Assembly: GCA_017453145.1 (NCBI GenBank)
Contig: JAFTKT010000037.1
Span: 1 to 54,381 of the forward strand
Direction: 5' to 3'
Length of the DNA stretch: 54,381 nt
Origin: Clostridia bacterium
Lineage (GTDB): Bacteria > Bacillota > Clostridia > Christensenellales > Borkfalkiaceae
A model generated the notes under the pieces. The model was given only the letters and a program-made list of their open reading frames with translations. It was not told the origin of the DNA and searched no databases. Both the position numbers and the translations under genes were made by a program. This document shows, one piece after another, positions 9,649-19,136 of the stretch; within the stretch, counting starts at the first letter, position 1; each line of letters begins with the position of its first letter.

Positions 9649-11763
9649 ATGCGAGCTAGTGAGCATATTTACGCGGCGTTTCAAGACGGGACGCTCGCAG
9701 GTAAAACTTTAACGGAAATTTGTAAAACTCTCGGTATTCCCTATCGAGAGAAAAACCGCGTGGAAAAGCTTTTGGACGAGCTGATGATAAGCGGTAAGAT
9801 TTTTCAAAACGACGGGGGCAGGTATGGCACGAGCGAGCAGTTAGGACTCGTTTTCGGCAAGCTTGTTGGCAACGAACGCGGCTTTGCTTTTCTCGTGCAA
9901 GAAAACGCGGAGGACAAAGAGGATTTGTTTATCCCAAAAAAATACCTGCGCGGCGCGTTACACGGCGACACGGTGCTTGCGGAGCTGTCCCCCGTTTCGT
10001 TCGGGGAGCGCGAGGAGGCGAAAATCGTCAAAATCCTTTCGCGCGGTTTTGACAAAATCGTCGGCACGTTCCGCCGCGACAGACGGGCGGGGTATCTTCT
10101 TCCCGACGAGAAAAAATTTAGCACGGAAATTTATATCCCCCTTTCCGATTGCAGTCATATCAAAAGCGGCGTGAAAGCAGTCGCGAAAATCACTTCCTAC
10201 CCGCTCGGCAGAACGCCCGGCGGACAGATTATCGAAGTACTCGGCGACGAGGACGATTTCTTCGCGGAAGAACTTTCGATTATCCGCGCCTACCGATTAG
10301 ACAAAAAATTCCCCGAGCGCGTGGAAAAGGAGGCGAAAGCCCAAGCCGCACGCCCCATTACACAAGCGGAGCTTGCAACCAGACGGGATTTGCGTGAAAC
10401 CCTGCTTTTCACTATCGACGGCGAGGACACGCGTGATATAGACGACGCCATTTCCCTTGAAAAAACGGACGAGGGGTATCTTCTCGGCGTGCATATCGCC
10501 GACGTCTCGCACTACGTTTTCCCGCGTTCGGCCCTTGACGAAGAGGCGTTTGAGCGCGGCACGAGCGTATATTTTCCCGACAGGGTTCTGCCCATGCTCC
10601 CCCGCCCGCTCTCCAACGGAATTTGTTCCTTGAACGAGGGCGAGGACAGGCTTGCACTCTCTTGTCTTATGCACGTCGACGGGCAAGGCAGGGTGAAACA
10701 CAGCGAAATTGTGGAAAGCGTTATCCGTTCTCGGCATAAAATGACGTATACGCAAATCACGAAACTGTTAGAGGGCGACAAAGCCCTGCGCAACAAATAC
10801 GCGGATATAGCCGAAACGGTCGACCTTTGCGCCGAGCTGACGCATATTCTGCAAGAGAAACGCGCCAAAAAAGGCAGTGTGTCGTTGGACGTGAAAGAGG
10901 CGAAAATCCTGTTCGACGAAAACACAGGCGAAATCACAATCCCCGATTATGAGCGTGCGTTTTCTTATCAGATTATCGAGGCGTTTATGGTGCTTGCCAA
11001 CGAAACGGTGGCAGAATATATGCACGCTTTGGACGCGCCTTTTATCTACCGCGTCCACGAAAAGCCGACGGAAGAAAAAGCCGCCGCCTTTCGCGCGTTC
11101 GCCCAAACGCTCGGTTTGACGGCGCGTTTTCAAGCGGACGACGTCAAGCCCTACGATTATCGTAATCTTTTGAAAAGCGCGGAAAATCTACCGAGCTATT
11201 CGGTGCTCAACCGCGTGATGCTACGTTCTATGCAAAAGGCGCGCTATTCAGCGGAAAACAAGGGGCATTTCGGGCTTGCCAGCGATTGTTATTGCCATTT
11301 CACTTCCCCTATACGCCGCTATCCCGACCTTTGTATTCACCGCGTGATTAAAGAAGTATTACACGGCGGCTACGAGCAAGCCGTCCAAACCTACGGCGCG
11401 TTTATGCCCCGTGCCGCCGAACAGTCCTCCGAGCGCGAACGCCGCGCCGCCGACGCCGAACGCGACGTAGACGATTTGTATAAAGCCATGTATATGAGCG
11501 AACGCATCGGCGAGCAGTTTGAGGGCGTAATTTCAGGCGTTACTGCCTACGGTTTGTTCGTCGAACTCGCAAACACCGTCGAGGGGTTTGTGCCGATTGA
11601 GTCGCTACTGGGCAATTTCACGTTCGACGCCGACAAGTTCCGACTTATCGGCACGCACGAAAGTTTTACGATAGGCGAAAGCGTTCTTATCAAAGTAATC
11701 GACGTGGATTTCTACCGCCGCCGCGCGGAATTTCGACTGCTGGAAAAGCAGGACAAGGAGTAA
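9649..11763 (+). CDS. rnr: ribonuclease R
   Basis: 704 aa. It contains an RNB-domain motif (TIDGEDTRDIDDAISLE), FTSPIRRYPDL, and a C-terminal S1 domain (FEGVISGVTAYGLFVEL). Confidence 0.95.
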   Translation: MRASEHIYAAFQDGTLAGKTLTEICKTLGIPYREKNRVEKLLDELMISGKIFQNDGGRYGTSEQLGLVFGKLVGNERGFAFLVQENAEDKEDLFIPKKYLRGALHGDTVLAELSPVSFGEREEAKIVKILSRGFDKIVGTFRRDRRAGYLLPDEKKFSTEIYIPLSDCSHIKSGVKAVAKITSYPLGRTPGGQIIEVLGDEDDFFAEELSIIRAYRLDKKFPERVEKEAKAQAARPITQAELATRRDLRETLLFTIDGEDTRDIDDAISLEKTDEGYLLGVHIADVSHYVFPRSALDEEAFERGTSVYFPDRVLPMLPRPLSNGICSLNEGEDRLALSCLMHVDGQGRVKHSEIVESVIRSRHKMTYTQITKLLEGDKALRNKYADIAETVDLCAELTHILQEKRAKKGSVSLDVKEAKILFDENTGEITIPDYERAFSYQIIEAFMVLANETVAEYMHALDAPFIYRVHEKPTEEKAAAFRAFAQTLGLTARFQADDVKPYDYRNLLKSAENLPSYSVLNRVMLRSMQKARYSAENKGHFGLASDCYCHFTSPIRRYPDLCIHRVIKEVLHGGYEQAVQTYGAFMPRAAEQSSERERRAADAERDVDDLYKAMYMSERIGEQFEGVISGVTAYGLFVELANTVEGFVPIESLLGNFTFDADKFRLIGTHESFTIGESVLIKVIDVDFYRRRAEFRLLEKQDKE

Positions 11764-11766
11764 ATT

Positions 11767-12219
11767 ATGAAAATCATTACCACAAACAAAAGTGCCTCGT
11801 TTGAATACTTTATCGAGGAAAAATACGAGGCGGGCATTGTACTCGAAGGCAATGAAATCAAGTCCCTGCGGGCAGGTAACGTGAATATGAACGACAGCTT
11901 TTGCTTTGTGCGCGAGGGCGAAGTATCCGTGAAAAATATGCATATCGCGTTTTATGAAAATTCCGACGCGTTTTCCACCAAAGATACCCGTCGGGACCGA
12001 AAACTGCTTCTTCACAAACGCGAAATCGCAAAAATCGCAGGCAAAATCAACCGTCAGGGCTATACACTCGTACCGCTCAAACTGTATTTTAAGGACGCGC
12101 TTGTGAAAATAGAAATCGCGCTTTGTCGCGGTAAACACACCTACGACAAAAAGCGCGCAATCGCCGAGCGCGACGTGAAACGTTCGACTGACAGAGATAT
12201 TAAAAACGCAGGGTTTTAA
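11767..12219 (+). CDS. smpB: SsrA-binding protein SmpB
   Basis: 150 aa. It contains NKSASFEYFIEEKYEAGIVLEGNEIKSLR...RKLLLHKREI...GYTLVPLKLYF. Confidence 0.95.
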   Translation: MKIITTNKSASFEYFIEEKYEAGIVLEGNEIKSLRAGNVNMNDSFCFVREGEVSVKNMHIAFYENSDAFSTKDTRRDRKLLLHKREIAKIAGKINRQGYTLVPLKLYFKDALVKIEIALCRGKHTYDKKRAIAERDVKRSTDRDIKNAGF

Positions 12220-12233
12220 GCCCTGCGTTTTTT
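12202..12233. terminator. bidirectional terminator shared by smpB and the convergent nitrilase-fold gene
   Basis: Stem acgcaggg (12206-12213) pairing with ccctgcgt (12221-12228), with an A-run before it and a T-run after. The smpB stop codon lies in the loop. Confidence 0.7.
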
Positions 12234-12889
12234 CATAACGAGCCGTGTACAAACCGACGGCGCGTTTCAACGAGATGATATTCCTTTCGCACGCAAAAAT
12301 CCACGAACGCAGGACTTTGCGGAGTCGCGAACGCGATTTTCCCCTCGCCGCTGGCTATCGCCGCATACCCGTTCCCGCACAGGAAAATGGGCACGCCGTA
12401 GCAATAGGCATGCGCGCGGGCAAGTACCGAATGCATTTCCTCTATACGCTCGCAAGGACAAACGATGAAATCACTACCGCAAACGGCAAGCGCTTTGATG
12501 ACGCTCGGAAAACGCAAATCCCCGTCTACCGCAACGCCCATTTTCCCTGCTTTGGTATCGTAAATACGCAACGCCGCACCGCTACCCGCCTCGCCGTCGA
12601 CGGCGTGTAACATATCGGACACGCCCGAAAGCTTGCCACACTCCGCCACGAGAGCGGATTTGCGTTTATGACCGCGCGTATCGGTTACGCAACCGCATAC
12701 CACCACGTTTTTGGCGGTTTTGGAGAGCAGGGCGGCGTCCTCAAAAAAACGCGTTTCGCCTTTAAGCTCCCGTTCGTAGCTGACTTCGCCTATTCCTTCA
12801 AACCCGAAAATGAGAATATCTGCTTTTTCTTCGCTATGCGTTTCTTGAAACGCACCGACCCCACCACGACAAACCAAACCAACCCGCAT
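12233..12889 (-). CDS. carbon-nitrogen hydrolase (nitrilase) fold protein, probably catalytically degenerate
   Basis: 218 aa counted from the ATG at 12889, which is preceded by GGAGGGAGG. The segment KMGVAVDGDLRFPSVIKALAVCGSDFIVCP resembles the nitrilase-superfamily segment G.lICyDlrFPE...GA.il..P, but with Asp in place of the nucleophile Cys. This is an alignment by eye only. Confidence 0.45.
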   Translation of the reverse strand: MRVGLVCRGGVGAFQETHSEEKADILIFGFEGIGEVSYERELKGETRFFEDAALLSKTAKNVVVCGCVTDTRGHKRKSALVAECGKLSGVSDMLHAVDGEAGSGAALRIYDTKAGKMGVAVDGDLRFPSVIKALAVCGSDFIVCPCERIEEMHSVLARAHAYCYGVPIFLCGNGYAAIASGEGKIAFATPQSPAFVDFCVRKEYHLVETRRRFVHGSL

Positions 12890-13039
12890 AAGCAACCTCC
12901 CTCCTTTATTATATCCGTAAATGGGCAAAAAGGTTACCCCGTGCGCCTTTGACAACTTTCACAAACGGTAGGCAAAAGCACGTATATTGTATAAACGGCT
13001 TATTTTTGGCAATACTTGTAGCGTGAGGAGGAGAAAAGT

Positions 13040-13132
13040 ATGTTTTGGCTGGGTCTGGCAATCGGTGTTTTAATCGGCGGAAATTTAGGCGTATTGACAA
13101 TGGCGCTTTTCAAAATCAACCGAAATTCGTGA
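13040..13132 (+). CDS. 30-aa hydrophobic peptide (not in ORF track)
   Basis: The ATG at 13040 is preceded by GAGGAGGAG at 7-nt spacing. It translates MFWLGLAIGVLIGGNLGVLTMALFKINRNS, with a TGA stop at 13130-13132. A 14-bp-stem terminator follows immediately. Confidence 0.5.
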   Translation: MFWLGLAIGVLIGGNLGVLTMALFKINRNS

Positions 13133-13135
13133 ATG

Positions 13136-13180
13136 AAAACGCAGGACGGAGCATTTTCGCTCCGTCCTGCGTTTTATTTT
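13136..13180. terminator. bidirectional rho-independent terminator
   Basis: A perfect 14-bp stem, acgcaggacggagc (13139-13152) pairing with gctccgtcctgcgt (13159-13172). AAAA lies before it and TTTTATTTT after. It serves both the small ORF and the convergent kinase gene. Confidence 0.85.
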
Positions 13181-13187
13181 CAAACGT

Positions 13188-14297
13188 TTACTTGCAATAC
13201 TTATCCACGATTTCCTGCATCACGCCGAGCTTTGCCGCCATATCCCGCGCAAGCGTCAAATGGCATTTCGCGCGCGCCAAATTTTGGTCGGGATAATGAA
13301 TACGGAAATATTTATCGCCGTTGAGATAATCGGTCAAAAACCGCACGCCGCACTCCGCCGTCATTGCCAACGCACCGAGCGCGAGGGAATTTTTCTCTTT
13401 CTCCGTCAACATACCTTTGGTAAACCCGACGAACCCGCGCGTGAACGCCTCGTATTTCTCCAAATCGAGCGCAACCTTAGTCAAATCCTTTTCGTCCTCG
13501 TCCACCGTCGACGCCGCAACCCGAATCGCGTCGCCGAAATCAAACGCAACAAGTCCGGGCATCACCGTATCCAAATCAATCGCCGCAAGATATTCCGACG
13601 TTTCCGCGTCAAACAGCACGTTACTCGTTTTCGTGTCGTTGTGCGTAACCCGCAAAGGCAGCTCGCCCGCGCATTGCATACGATACGGCTTCGTCGCGAG
13701 CTCTTTCAACGCCTCGTAACCCTCTATCACGTCGAGAACCTCGTCCTTGCGCCAAGCCGCATTGACGGCGATTGCGTCGTATAACGCCTGATAGCGCATG
13801 AGCGTGTTATGGAAATGCGGAATCACGATATGTAAGTCCTTGACGGGATAATCGGCAAGATACCCCAAAAACGCACCGAACGCCTTGCCCGATTCCTCGA
13901 TAAGCTTCAAATCGTCTGTTTGCGTGAAAGACGCCGAACCGTCGATATACCGACAGCACCGCCAAAAACTCTTGTCCTCTAAAATTACGTAGTAGTTATC
14001 CTCGTCCGTTTTGGCATAGTGCAACACACTGCGTTTCGCCGTCCGCCCCGTCGCTTTAATTTTCGCGCGGATATACTCGGTAACCGACGAAATGTTTTGC
14101 ATAACGGCAATCGGGTTTTGGAACACGTAGGTGTTCAGCCGTTGCACGATATAGTCTTTCATCTCGCCGCCGCGAAAGAAAAACACCTTATACGTCGAAT
14201 TGATATGTCCGCTGTCAATGACCTCGAAAAAGCGGTATTCACCCGCAATCCCGAACCGACGACATACTTCTATAATTTGCTGTTCCGTTTTTTCCAT
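13188..14297 (-). CDS. aminoglycoside-phosphotransferase-fold sugar kinase, N-acetylhexosamine 1-kinase (NahK/LnpB)-like
   Basis: 369 aa. It contains GHINSTYKV near the N-terminus, the catalytic loop VTHNDTKTSNVLFD, and IDLDTVMPG. The overall layout matches NahK-type kinases as I recall them. Confidence 0.65.
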   Translation of the reverse strand: MEKTEQQIIEVCRRFGIAGEYRFFEVIDSGHINSTYKVFFFRGGEMKDYIVQRLNTYVFQNPIAVMQNISSVTEYIRAKIKATGRTAKRSVLHYAKTDEDNYYVILEDKSFWRCCRYIDGSASFTQTDDLKLIEESGKAFGAFLGYLADYPVKDLHIVIPHFHNTLMRYQALYDAIAVNAAWRKDEVLDVIEGYEALKELATKPYRMQCAGELPLRVTHNDTKTSNVLFDAETSEYLAAIDLDTVMPGLVAFDFGDAIRVAASTVDEDEKDLTKVALDLEKYEAFTRGFVGFTKGMLTEKEKNSLALGALAMTAECGVRFLTDYLNGDKYFRIHYPDQNLARAKCHLTLARDMAAKLGVMQEIVDKYCK

Positions 14298-14401
14298 TTC
14301 CTCTCCTTATTCTCACTCTATACCATATTATACCAAACCCAACGCGTTTTGTCAAGGCTTTGTCAAAGCATAAAATTCGACAAACTACGAATACTTTATA
14401 T

Positions 14402-15295
14402 ATGTCAAGATTATCTTTTTCTCGCCGTATTGCGTTGATTTTCTGTTTACCTTTTCTCGCGGTTTCCTGTCAAAAACCGCAACGACCGCCCGTCGATTTA
14501 GCGGAGCGGAATTTCCCTGAACGCATACCTGCCCCCCGCCAAGCGGAGGAAAACCTGTCGAGCGAGCAGACACCCTTGCCCGCGCCGAACGAAACCGCTC
14601 CCGATATTTGGGACGTTTCCGACGTAGATATTTCCACCGTCGACAAAACGAAAAAACTCATTTCGTTCACGTTCGACGACGCGCCCTCGCGCACGCTTGA
14701 AAACATTTTAGCGGTGTTTGCCGCGTTCAACGAACAAAACCCCGATTGTCCTGCGAACGCAACGGTATTTTTCAACGGGTATTTGTTCGACGCGCACAGC
14801 ACGCAGACCGTCCACGCCGCGCACGCGCTCGGCTTTGAGCTTGGTAATCACAGCCAATCGCATTTGGACTTGACGACTTTGGACGAGGCGACGCTTCGAG
14901 AAGAACTCGACAAAACGGACGCGTTGCTCGCCAAAATAGACGGCAAACCGAAACACCTCTTCCGCGCGCCGTTCGGTCGCGCCAACGAGCTTGTATCGCA
15001 GAGCGTTTGCACGCCCGTTATCAGTTGGACGATAGACACGCTCGACTGGACGGGCTTGGGCGAAGAGGATATTTACCGCTCCGTTTGGGACGGCCGTTTC
15101 GACGGCGCTATCGCGCTGATGCACGACGGCTATACGAATACCGTATCCGCGCTCAAACGCCTACTCCCCGACCTCAAAGCGGACGGGTATCAGGTCGTGA
15201 GCGTTTCCCAACTCGCCAAAGCGCAAGGGCAAACCCTGCGTCGAGGCAAAACCTACGGGCGCATTCGAAAACCGAACCACGCCAAAACGAACTAA
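14402..15295 (+). CDS. polysaccharide deacetylase (NodB homology domain), probable lipoprotein
   Basis: It has a signal peptide MSRLSFSRRIALIFCLPFLAVSC. NodB motifs are present: TFDDAP, ELGNHSQSH, FRAPFG and LMHD. The start is uncertain, because the track starts at 14360. Confidence 0.8.
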   Translation: MSRLSFSRRIALIFCLPFLAVSCQKPQRPPVDLAERNFPERIPAPRQAEENLSSEQTPLPAPNETAPDIWDVSDVDISTVDKTKKLISFTFDDAPSRTLENILAVFAAFNEQNPDCPANATVFFNGYLFDAHSTQTVHAAHALGFELGNHSQSHLDLTTLDEATLREELDKTDALLAKIDGKPKHLFRAPFGRANELVSQSVCTPVISWTIDTLDWTGLGEEDIYRSVWDGRFDGAIALMHDGYTNTVSALKRLLPDLKADGYQVVSVSQLAKAQGQTLRRGKTYGRIRKPNHAKTN

Positions 15296-15847
15296 TCAGG
15301 CGTTTTCGTAAACGGAGCGTTTCAACACGCCGACGTAGGGCAAATTACGGTATTCCTCCGCATAATCGAGCCCGTAGCCGACGACGAATTCGTCCTCAAT
15401 CACGAAACAGGTATATTCGGGCTCCATAGGCACTTCTCGGCGGTCGGGCTTATCCAAAAGCGTAACGATATTCACGCTGGACGGGGCACGAGCGTTGAGG
15501 AGTTTTTTAAGGTTATACAAGGTATTTCCCGAATCGATAATATCCTCCACGATAAGCACGTCGCGCCCTTTAATATCGGTTGCCAAATCCTTTTTGATAG
15601 TGAGCTCGCCCGTCGATTTCGTGCCGTTACCATAAGACGAAACGGACATAAAATCGATTGTCAAGGGCGTTTTCATATTCCGAATTAAATCGGAAAAGAA
15701 CACGACGCTCCCCTTTAAGATACATACTACGACAGGCTTTCTACCCTCGTAAAGCTTGTCAAGCTGTTTTGCAACCGCTTTGACTTTCTTGGAAATCTGC
15801 TTATCCGTAAGCATGACGTATTCTACGTTAGGATGCACTTCCACCAT
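15296..15847 (-). CDS. hpt: hypoxanthine phosphoribosyltransferase
   Basis: It contains the PRPP motif VLIVEDIIDSGNTL and the segment LKGSVVFFSDL...TIDFMSVSSYG. The ATG at 15847 is preceded by AAGGAGGG at 8 nt. The gene overlaps the tilS 3' end by 20 nt. Confidence 0.9.
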   Translation of the reverse strand: MVEVHPNVEYVMLTDKQISKKVKAVAKQLDKLYEGRKPVVVCILKGSVVFFSDLIRNMKTPLTIDFMSVSSYGNGTKSTGELTIKKDLATDIKGRDVLIVEDIIDSGNTLYNLKKLLNARAPSSVNIVTLLDKPDRREVPMEPEYTCFVIEDEFVVGYGLDYAEEYRNLPYVGVLKRSVYENA

Positions 15848-17168
15848 TGTCAAAACCCTCCTTCTTTTGTGTCGTTATATAAAGAACGCATTGCGTTTCT
15901 TCCGTAATTTTAACCCGTTCGGAAATTTCCACGCCGCAAATCGCGAACACCTCCGAGCCGTCTTTTTCCGCAATCAAAGGCAAATACGCCCTTTCCTTTA
16001 CGGGTATTTTCCGTTCGTTGAAAAATTTCTTCAAGCTCTTCTTTCCGCCAAAGCTTTGCAGAAAATCCCCGTCTTTCCGAAAACGGAACGTCGCGTCTTT
16101 GGGCAATCGGTCTTTGTCCAAGCGCAAAACGTTCTCCGCTCCTTTGGGCACATCTAAACACACATTCACCGCATACCTGCCCCCGTCAAACCCGTCCATT
16201 GAAAACTCTTTTTCATTCACAGGCAAGGGCGGCAATTTCTCTTCGTTTCCGCTCAAAAAGAAAGAGATACCCGTTTCCGTTTTCTCGGCAATCACGCCGC
16301 AAGGCAAATCCAGCCGCGCGCCGCGCTCGCTGTTTTGCAATAAAAACGCGCTTTCCAAATGCGTGCTCGTGTAATCCTTTTCTACGCCGAGCGCTTTGAG
16401 TGCCAAAAGACACGCCCGACGAAAGAGCGGCTTTTTTTGGGAAAATTGCACCGCATATCCAAAATCCGTTTGAGAGAGTAGCGGCTCGCAAAGCGCATAC
16501 AACAGCTCGTCGTCCTCGCTTGCAAGACGGGCGAAACGGGCAAGATTTACGCTCGCGTTCGGCACGGCGTTTTCAAGCGCAGGGAAAACGTTTAAGCGCA
16601 GTTTATTGCGCGTGGCGTCCGTTTGAAGATTTGTGCTATCCACGCGGTAGGTAAGCCCGTTTTCAAGGGCATAATTTTCAATCTCTTGTTTCGTCCAACT
16701 CAAAAGCGGACGAATCATATACTTTTCTCTTTGCGCGGACATACCGCTTGCCCCCGAAAGGGACGCGCCGCGCGCAAGACGAAATAGGACCGTTTCCGCC
16801 TCGTCCAAAGCGTGGTGAGCGGTTGCAATATAATCAACCTTTCCGCTTTCCACGAGCGATAAAAAGCACTCTCTTCGAAAATTCCGCGCCGCCGTTTCCA
16901 AGCTCACCCGTTCTCGCTCTGCTCGTGCAAGGCAGTTTTCGGAAAACGTGAACAGCGGCACGCCGAGCGTTTCACAAAATTTTTGCACAAACGCCGCGTC
17001 GGCAAGGCTTTCCTCGCCTCTAATCCCGTGCTCGCAATGCACGGCGGAAAGGAAAAAACCCGCTTGCTTTTCCTGTTTTTTGAGATAGTGTAACAGCGTC
17101 GTGGAATCCACGCCGCCGCTGATTGCCACACACACTCTTTTCCCAAGCAAACAAGCGAAATCTTTCAT
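15828..17168 (-). CDS. tilS: tRNA(Ile)-lysidine synthetase
   Basis: 446 aa. It has the N-terminal PP-loop VCVAISGGVDS, and HH..D..ET. The tilS-hpt synteny is conserved. Confidence 0.9.
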   Translation of the reverse strand: MKDFACLLGKRVCVAISGGVDSTTLLHYLKKQEKQAGFFLSAVHCEHGIRGEESLADAAFVQKFCETLGVPLFTFSENCLARAERERVSLETAARNFRRECFLSLVESGKVDYIATAHHALDEAETVLFRLARGASLSGASGMSAQREKYMIRPLLSWTKQEIENYALENGLTYRVDSTNLQTDATRNKLRLNVFPALENAVPNASVNLARFARLASEDDELLYALCEPLLSQTDFGYAVQFSQKKPLFRRACLLALKALGVEKDYTSTHLESAFLLQNSERGARLDLPCGVIAEKTETGISFFLSGNEEKLPPLPVNEKEFSMDGFDGGRYAVNVCLDVPKGAENVLRLDKDRLPKDATFRFRKDGDFLQSFGGKKSLKKFFNERKIPVKERAYLPLIAEKDGSEVFAICGVEISERVKITEETQCVLYITTQKKEGFDNGGSAS

Positions 17169-17184
17169 AAAAACAGTATAACAT

Positions 17185-17217
17185 ATCCGCGAAAATTTTG
17201 CAAGAATTTTCGCGGAT
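17185..17217 (-). terminator. hairpin downstream of the ABC-2 permease gene
   Basis: A perfect 13-bp stem, atccgcgaaaatt pairing with aattttcgcggat, with a 7-nt loop. The U-tract is not immediately adjacent, so terminator function is uncertain. Confidence 0.45.
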
Positions 17218-17238
17218 AATTTTCAAACGATTATATTT

Positions 17239-18258
17239 TCACGCAAGCGAAACGGACAAAAACAGCCCGCAGGCAAGCGCAACGCCTATCACGAGCCACC
17301 ATTTCGGCTCAAATCTAAACTTACGCCGAAACGCAACGCTCGCCACGATTGCCCCCACCGCCACGCCGCAAACGGCAATCAAACCGCCCGAATTCGCGTT
17401 CATAGCAAGCATCAACGCCGTATACACGGGAATCAGCGTTTTATAACCAAACCACGACTCGCTCACCTGCTCCGCGCTTTCCGCCTTTTCATAAGGGAGC
17501 AACGCGAATAACAGCGTGTAGCCCGCCACGCCCAAAACAGGCATCACGACGAACGTCAAAGGCGAAAACTTTACAAGCTCGTATTGCATAATCAAATCGC
17601 TCATTTTGTTCCCAAGCTCCGACAACCCACCGAACACAAGAAAATCCAGCTCATACGCATAATAGGACATGTCCCCCAACGACTGCATAACGTAGGCGTA
17701 AATCATCATAAAGAAAGGTATATACGCCACCATAAACACAAACCCGTCGGCGGCGGTATTCGCGCGGGTATACACGAACGCGTTAAACCCGAACAGGCAC
17801 ACACCCAGCCCCGCACCGCCGAAATACGCAGGCACGTACCAACCCATAGCATAAGGATTGCCCGCGCGGCAAAGCAAGGTCAAAGCCCCGCCCCAAAACA
17901 TTACGCTAAAAGGCACGAGCACGAGTATCAATCCCACAAGCGTTTTGACGAAATACAGCTTTTGCTTTTTCAGCGGCAACGCATAGTACCCGTCCACGCC
18001 TCTCTTGCTCATTTTGAACGAATACACGAGCGCAGGCGCAAGATAGCACAGCGCGCCGAGCGCAAAAAACGCCCAACCGATTTGCGGGGCACGAATACTC
18101 GTAATCTTTTCCCCCGTTTCCCAATGCTCGTAAACATACGACATTTGCATAGTCGAAAGCTCGGCAATATACGGGAGCGCACACACCGCCGTCAGCACGA
18201 CGAGCGCCCATAAATTCTTCTTCAGTTCAAACCGCAAAAACCGCAAAACTCTACTCAT
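17239..18258 (-). CDS. multi-pass membrane protein, ABC-2-type permease partner
   Basis: 339 aa and strongly hydrophobic, with several predicted TM helices. An ATGA overlap with the upstream ATPase stop at 18255-18258 implies translational coupling. Confidence 0.6.
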   Translation of the reverse strand: MSRVLRFLRFELKKNLWALVVLTAVCALPYIAELSTMQMSYVYEHWETGEKITSIRAPQIGWAFFALGALCYLAPALVYSFKMSKRGVDGYYALPLKKQKLYFVKTLVGLILVLVPFSVMFWGGALTLLCRAGNPYAMGWYVPAYFGGAGLGVCLFGFNAFVYTRANTAADGFVFMVAYIPFFMMIYAYVMQSLGDMSYYAYELDFLVFGGLSELGNKMSDLIMQYELVKFSPLTFVVMPVLGVAGYTLLFALLPYEKAESAEQVSESWFGYKTLIPVYTALMLAMNANSGGLIAVCGVAVGAIVASVAFRRKFRFEPKWWLVIGVALACGLFLSVSLA

Positions 18259-19136
18259 TCCAAATACCCCCTTGCCTGTACTTCACCGATAAACAGTTCT
18301 TCGAAATCCACCGCAATCTCCTCCACGAACAACGGCTCGCAGGCTTGGATTTTTCGCCGGATTTCCTCCGCGTCGCCCCGCGCAAGGATTTGCACCACGC
18401 GCCCCGTTTTTTGAAAGGACATACACGCAAAGCCGAGCATTTCGGGCGATACGTCCTTTTCAAACGCCGCTTGAAATTTATGCACTCTGCCCAAATCCCG
18501 TTCCAAATCCCCCGCACAGGTAATCGTGCCGCCATCTAAAATCCCGTAGCTATCGCACACGTCTTCGAGTTCACGCAGAGAATGGCTGGAAATGACAACG
18601 GTCGAGCCTTTTCTCTCGACTAGCTCCACCAACCCGCGCTTGAACACGAGCCGCGCGAGCGGGTCAAGCCCGTCGAACGCCTCATCCAACAGCAAATACT
18701 CGGGCGCAATGGCAAGCGCGAGCGCAACGAACACCTGCCGTTTCATACCTTTTGAAAAATTACGAATAGGTACTTTTTCGCTCAACTTAAATTTTTCCAA
18801 ATACTCCGTAAACACCGCCTCGTCGAAATCGTAGACGGCGCGATACATATCCGCAAGTGAGCGCGCCGTAACCCCCGCCGCAAAAAACGGGTCGTCGGGC
18901 AGAAAGAAAATCTTCAATTTGGCGCGTTCGTTCTCCCACACGTTTTCGCCGTCAACACATACCTGCCCCGCCTCTGCGTGCAAAACGCCTGCAATCAAAC
19001 GCAGCAACGTGGACTTGCCCGCGCCGTTAATCCCCACCAGCCCGAACACGCACGATTTTTTGACCGTCAAATTCACGTTTTGCAAAACCGTCTTTTTATC
19101 GCCGTAGCCTTTCGTCAGATTGCTAATTTCAATCAT
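18255..19136 (-). CDS. ABC transporter ATP-binding protein
   Basis: Walker A GINGAGKST, signature FSKGMKRQ and Walker B LLLDEAFDGLD are present. The ATG at 19136 is preceded by AGGAGG and overlaps the GntR gene stop by 8 nt. Confidence 0.9.
   Translation of the reverse strand: MIEISNLTKGYGDKKTVLQNVNLTVKKSCVFGLVGINGAGKSTLLRLIAGVLHAEAGQVCVDGENVWENERAKLKIFFLPDDPFFAAGVTARSLADMYRAVYDFDEAVFTEYLEKFKLSEKVPIRNFSKGMKRQVFVALALAIAPEYLLLDEAFDGLDPLARLVFKRGLVELVERKGSTVVISSHSLRELEDVCDSYGILDGGTITCAGDLERDLGRVHKFQAAFEKDVSPEMLGFACMSFQKTGRVVQILARGDAEEIRRKIQACEPLFVEEIAVDFEELFIGEVQARGYLE

Noticed and set aside
12220-13040. Expected a tmRNA (ssrA) gene downstream of smpB
   Set aside because: smpB is followed directly by a terminator and a convergent protein-coding gene. 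I saw no GGGG...ACG 5' end, tag-reading-frame context or tRNA-like ...TCCACCA 3' end in the nearby non-coding stretches. ssrA must lie elsewhere.
15293-15298. Convergent polysaccharide deacetylase and hpt genes whose stop codons abut with zero spacer and no terminator
   Set aside because: The observation is real, but it is a common compact-genome arrangement and nothing further can be inferred from the sequence.
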